Part shown: one piece after another, positions 62,748 to 64,000 of the stretch
Position numbering within the stretch: the stretch's first letter is position 1
Layout: every line of letters starts with the position of its first letter
Notes under the pieces: model-generated
Seen by the model: only the letters and a program-made list of their open reading frames with translations
What the model was told of the DNA's origin: nothing
The model's database searches: none
Assembly (NCBI GenBank): GCA_020137815.1
Contig: CM035358.1
Location: 2,542,001-2,606,000, forward strand
Reading direction: 5' to 3'
DNA from: Hormiphora californensis
Taxonomy: Eukaryota; Animalia; Ctenophora
DNA: 64,000 bases
Position numbers and translations under genes: made by a program

Positions 62748-64000
62748 GGAAACCACCACTTGTACGTGGTAGCTGAGGGTCTACAGAATGGCGCTACGGT
62801 GCGGGAAAAAACATTCCATTCCCTAAAATCTTTTTTTTTACTTTTATTTGATTTGGGTCAAAATTGGCTATATTAAACGTGGTCCCGAAAAATCCATAAT
62901 GACTTAGCACACGAAATATGTCACCCCCACCTATTTTTGCACGTAGAATCGATTGCCGTTGAAGTTGAATCTCTAAAATGACTGTAAAATGGTCAAAAGT
63001 TGATTTTTTGCCATTTTTTGGAGGTTTTTGGCCCCTAAACTATTGAAAACGTTGAGATAGGAATTTGAAACTAGTGCCAATCGTTAAAATGGTCATTTTT
63101 CTACCAAGAACCAAGTTTTCGTGTATATCCGATTTATGGTTAGATTTGGGCAAATTGTTGAAATCTGCCAACTAGGAGAACCGTAACTTGATTTTCTTGT
63201 TTTTTGGATTTTGGCATTTTTGACAAACTTCTGATTGAAATGGCCAGTCGGGACCATGCTTAAGTTGTTTATGGGACAATTTTCGACTAAAATCCAAGAT
63301 TTCATACCAATCCAATAACAGATCGTTGATTTATAGAAAATTTGCGTAGGCAAAACGGTCAAAATAAGCAAGAAAAGTTGTTGTTTTGACCGTTTTGCCT
63401 ACGCAAATTTTCTATAAATCAACGATCTGTTATTGGATTGGTATGAAATCTTGGATTTTAGTCGAAAATTGTCCCATAAACAACTTAAGCATGGTCCCGA
63501 CTGGCCATTTCAATCAGAAGTTTGTCAAAAATGCCAAAATCCAAAAAACAAGAAAATCAAGTTACGGTTCTCCTAGTTGGCAGATTTCAACAATTTGCCC
63601 AAATCTAACCATAAATCGGATATACACGAAAACTTGGTTCTTGGTAGAAAAATGACCATTTTAACGATTGGCACTAGTTTCAAATTCCTATCTCAACGTT
63701 TTCAATGGTTTAGGGGCCAAAAACCTCCAAAAAATGGCAAAAAATCAACTTTTGACCATTTTACAGTCATTTTAGAGATTCAACTTCAACGGCAATCGAT
63801 TCTACGTGCAAAAATAGGTGGGGGTGACATATTTCGTGTGCTAAGTCATTATGGATTTTTCGGGACCACGTTTAATATAGCCAATTTTGACCCAAATCAA
63901 ATAAAAGTAAAAAAAAAGATTTTAGGGAATGGAATGTTTTTTCCCGCACCGTAGCGCCATTCTGTAGACCCTCAGCTACCACGTACAAGTGGTGGTTTCC
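62748..64000. mobile_element. Large near-perfect foldback element running off the window end
   Basis: 62748-63364 is the reverse complement of 63384-64000 with very few mismatches; ~20-bp spacer. Confidence 0.92.

Noticed and set aside
63093-63655. Identical ~90-aa ORFs on opposite strands
   Set aside because: Mirror images within the palindrome; no recognisable transposase motif

Overview
Eukaryotic, intron-rich animal DNA saturated with (AG)n microsatellites and MITE/foldback elements. It is probably from a ctenophore such as Pleurobrachia; this is inferred from recalled repeat style, not proven. There is one 100-N gap at 44412-44511. Genes I can support: (1) a ~37-kb + strand receptor tyrosine kinase with ~9 Ig-like domains, 2 FN3 domains, a TM helix and a RET/FGFR-like kinase, reconstructed exon by exon; (2) an alpha-carbonic anhydrase with an intronless CDS, secreted and probably GPI-anchored, nested on the same strand in the RTK intron just before the TM exon; (3) a minus-strand secreted protein made of a signal peptide plus 50 units of an oligo-Arg tract (3, 5 or 6 residues) followed by GVED; (4) a 4-exon MFS transporter; (5) the first coding exon of a Rac/Cdc42-like GTPase that the ORF track missed. 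There are also tentative exons near 0.7-1.8 kb and 9.4-10 kb. The most unusual element is the oligo-arginine/GVED polyprotein, which looks like a multi-copy peptide precursor.
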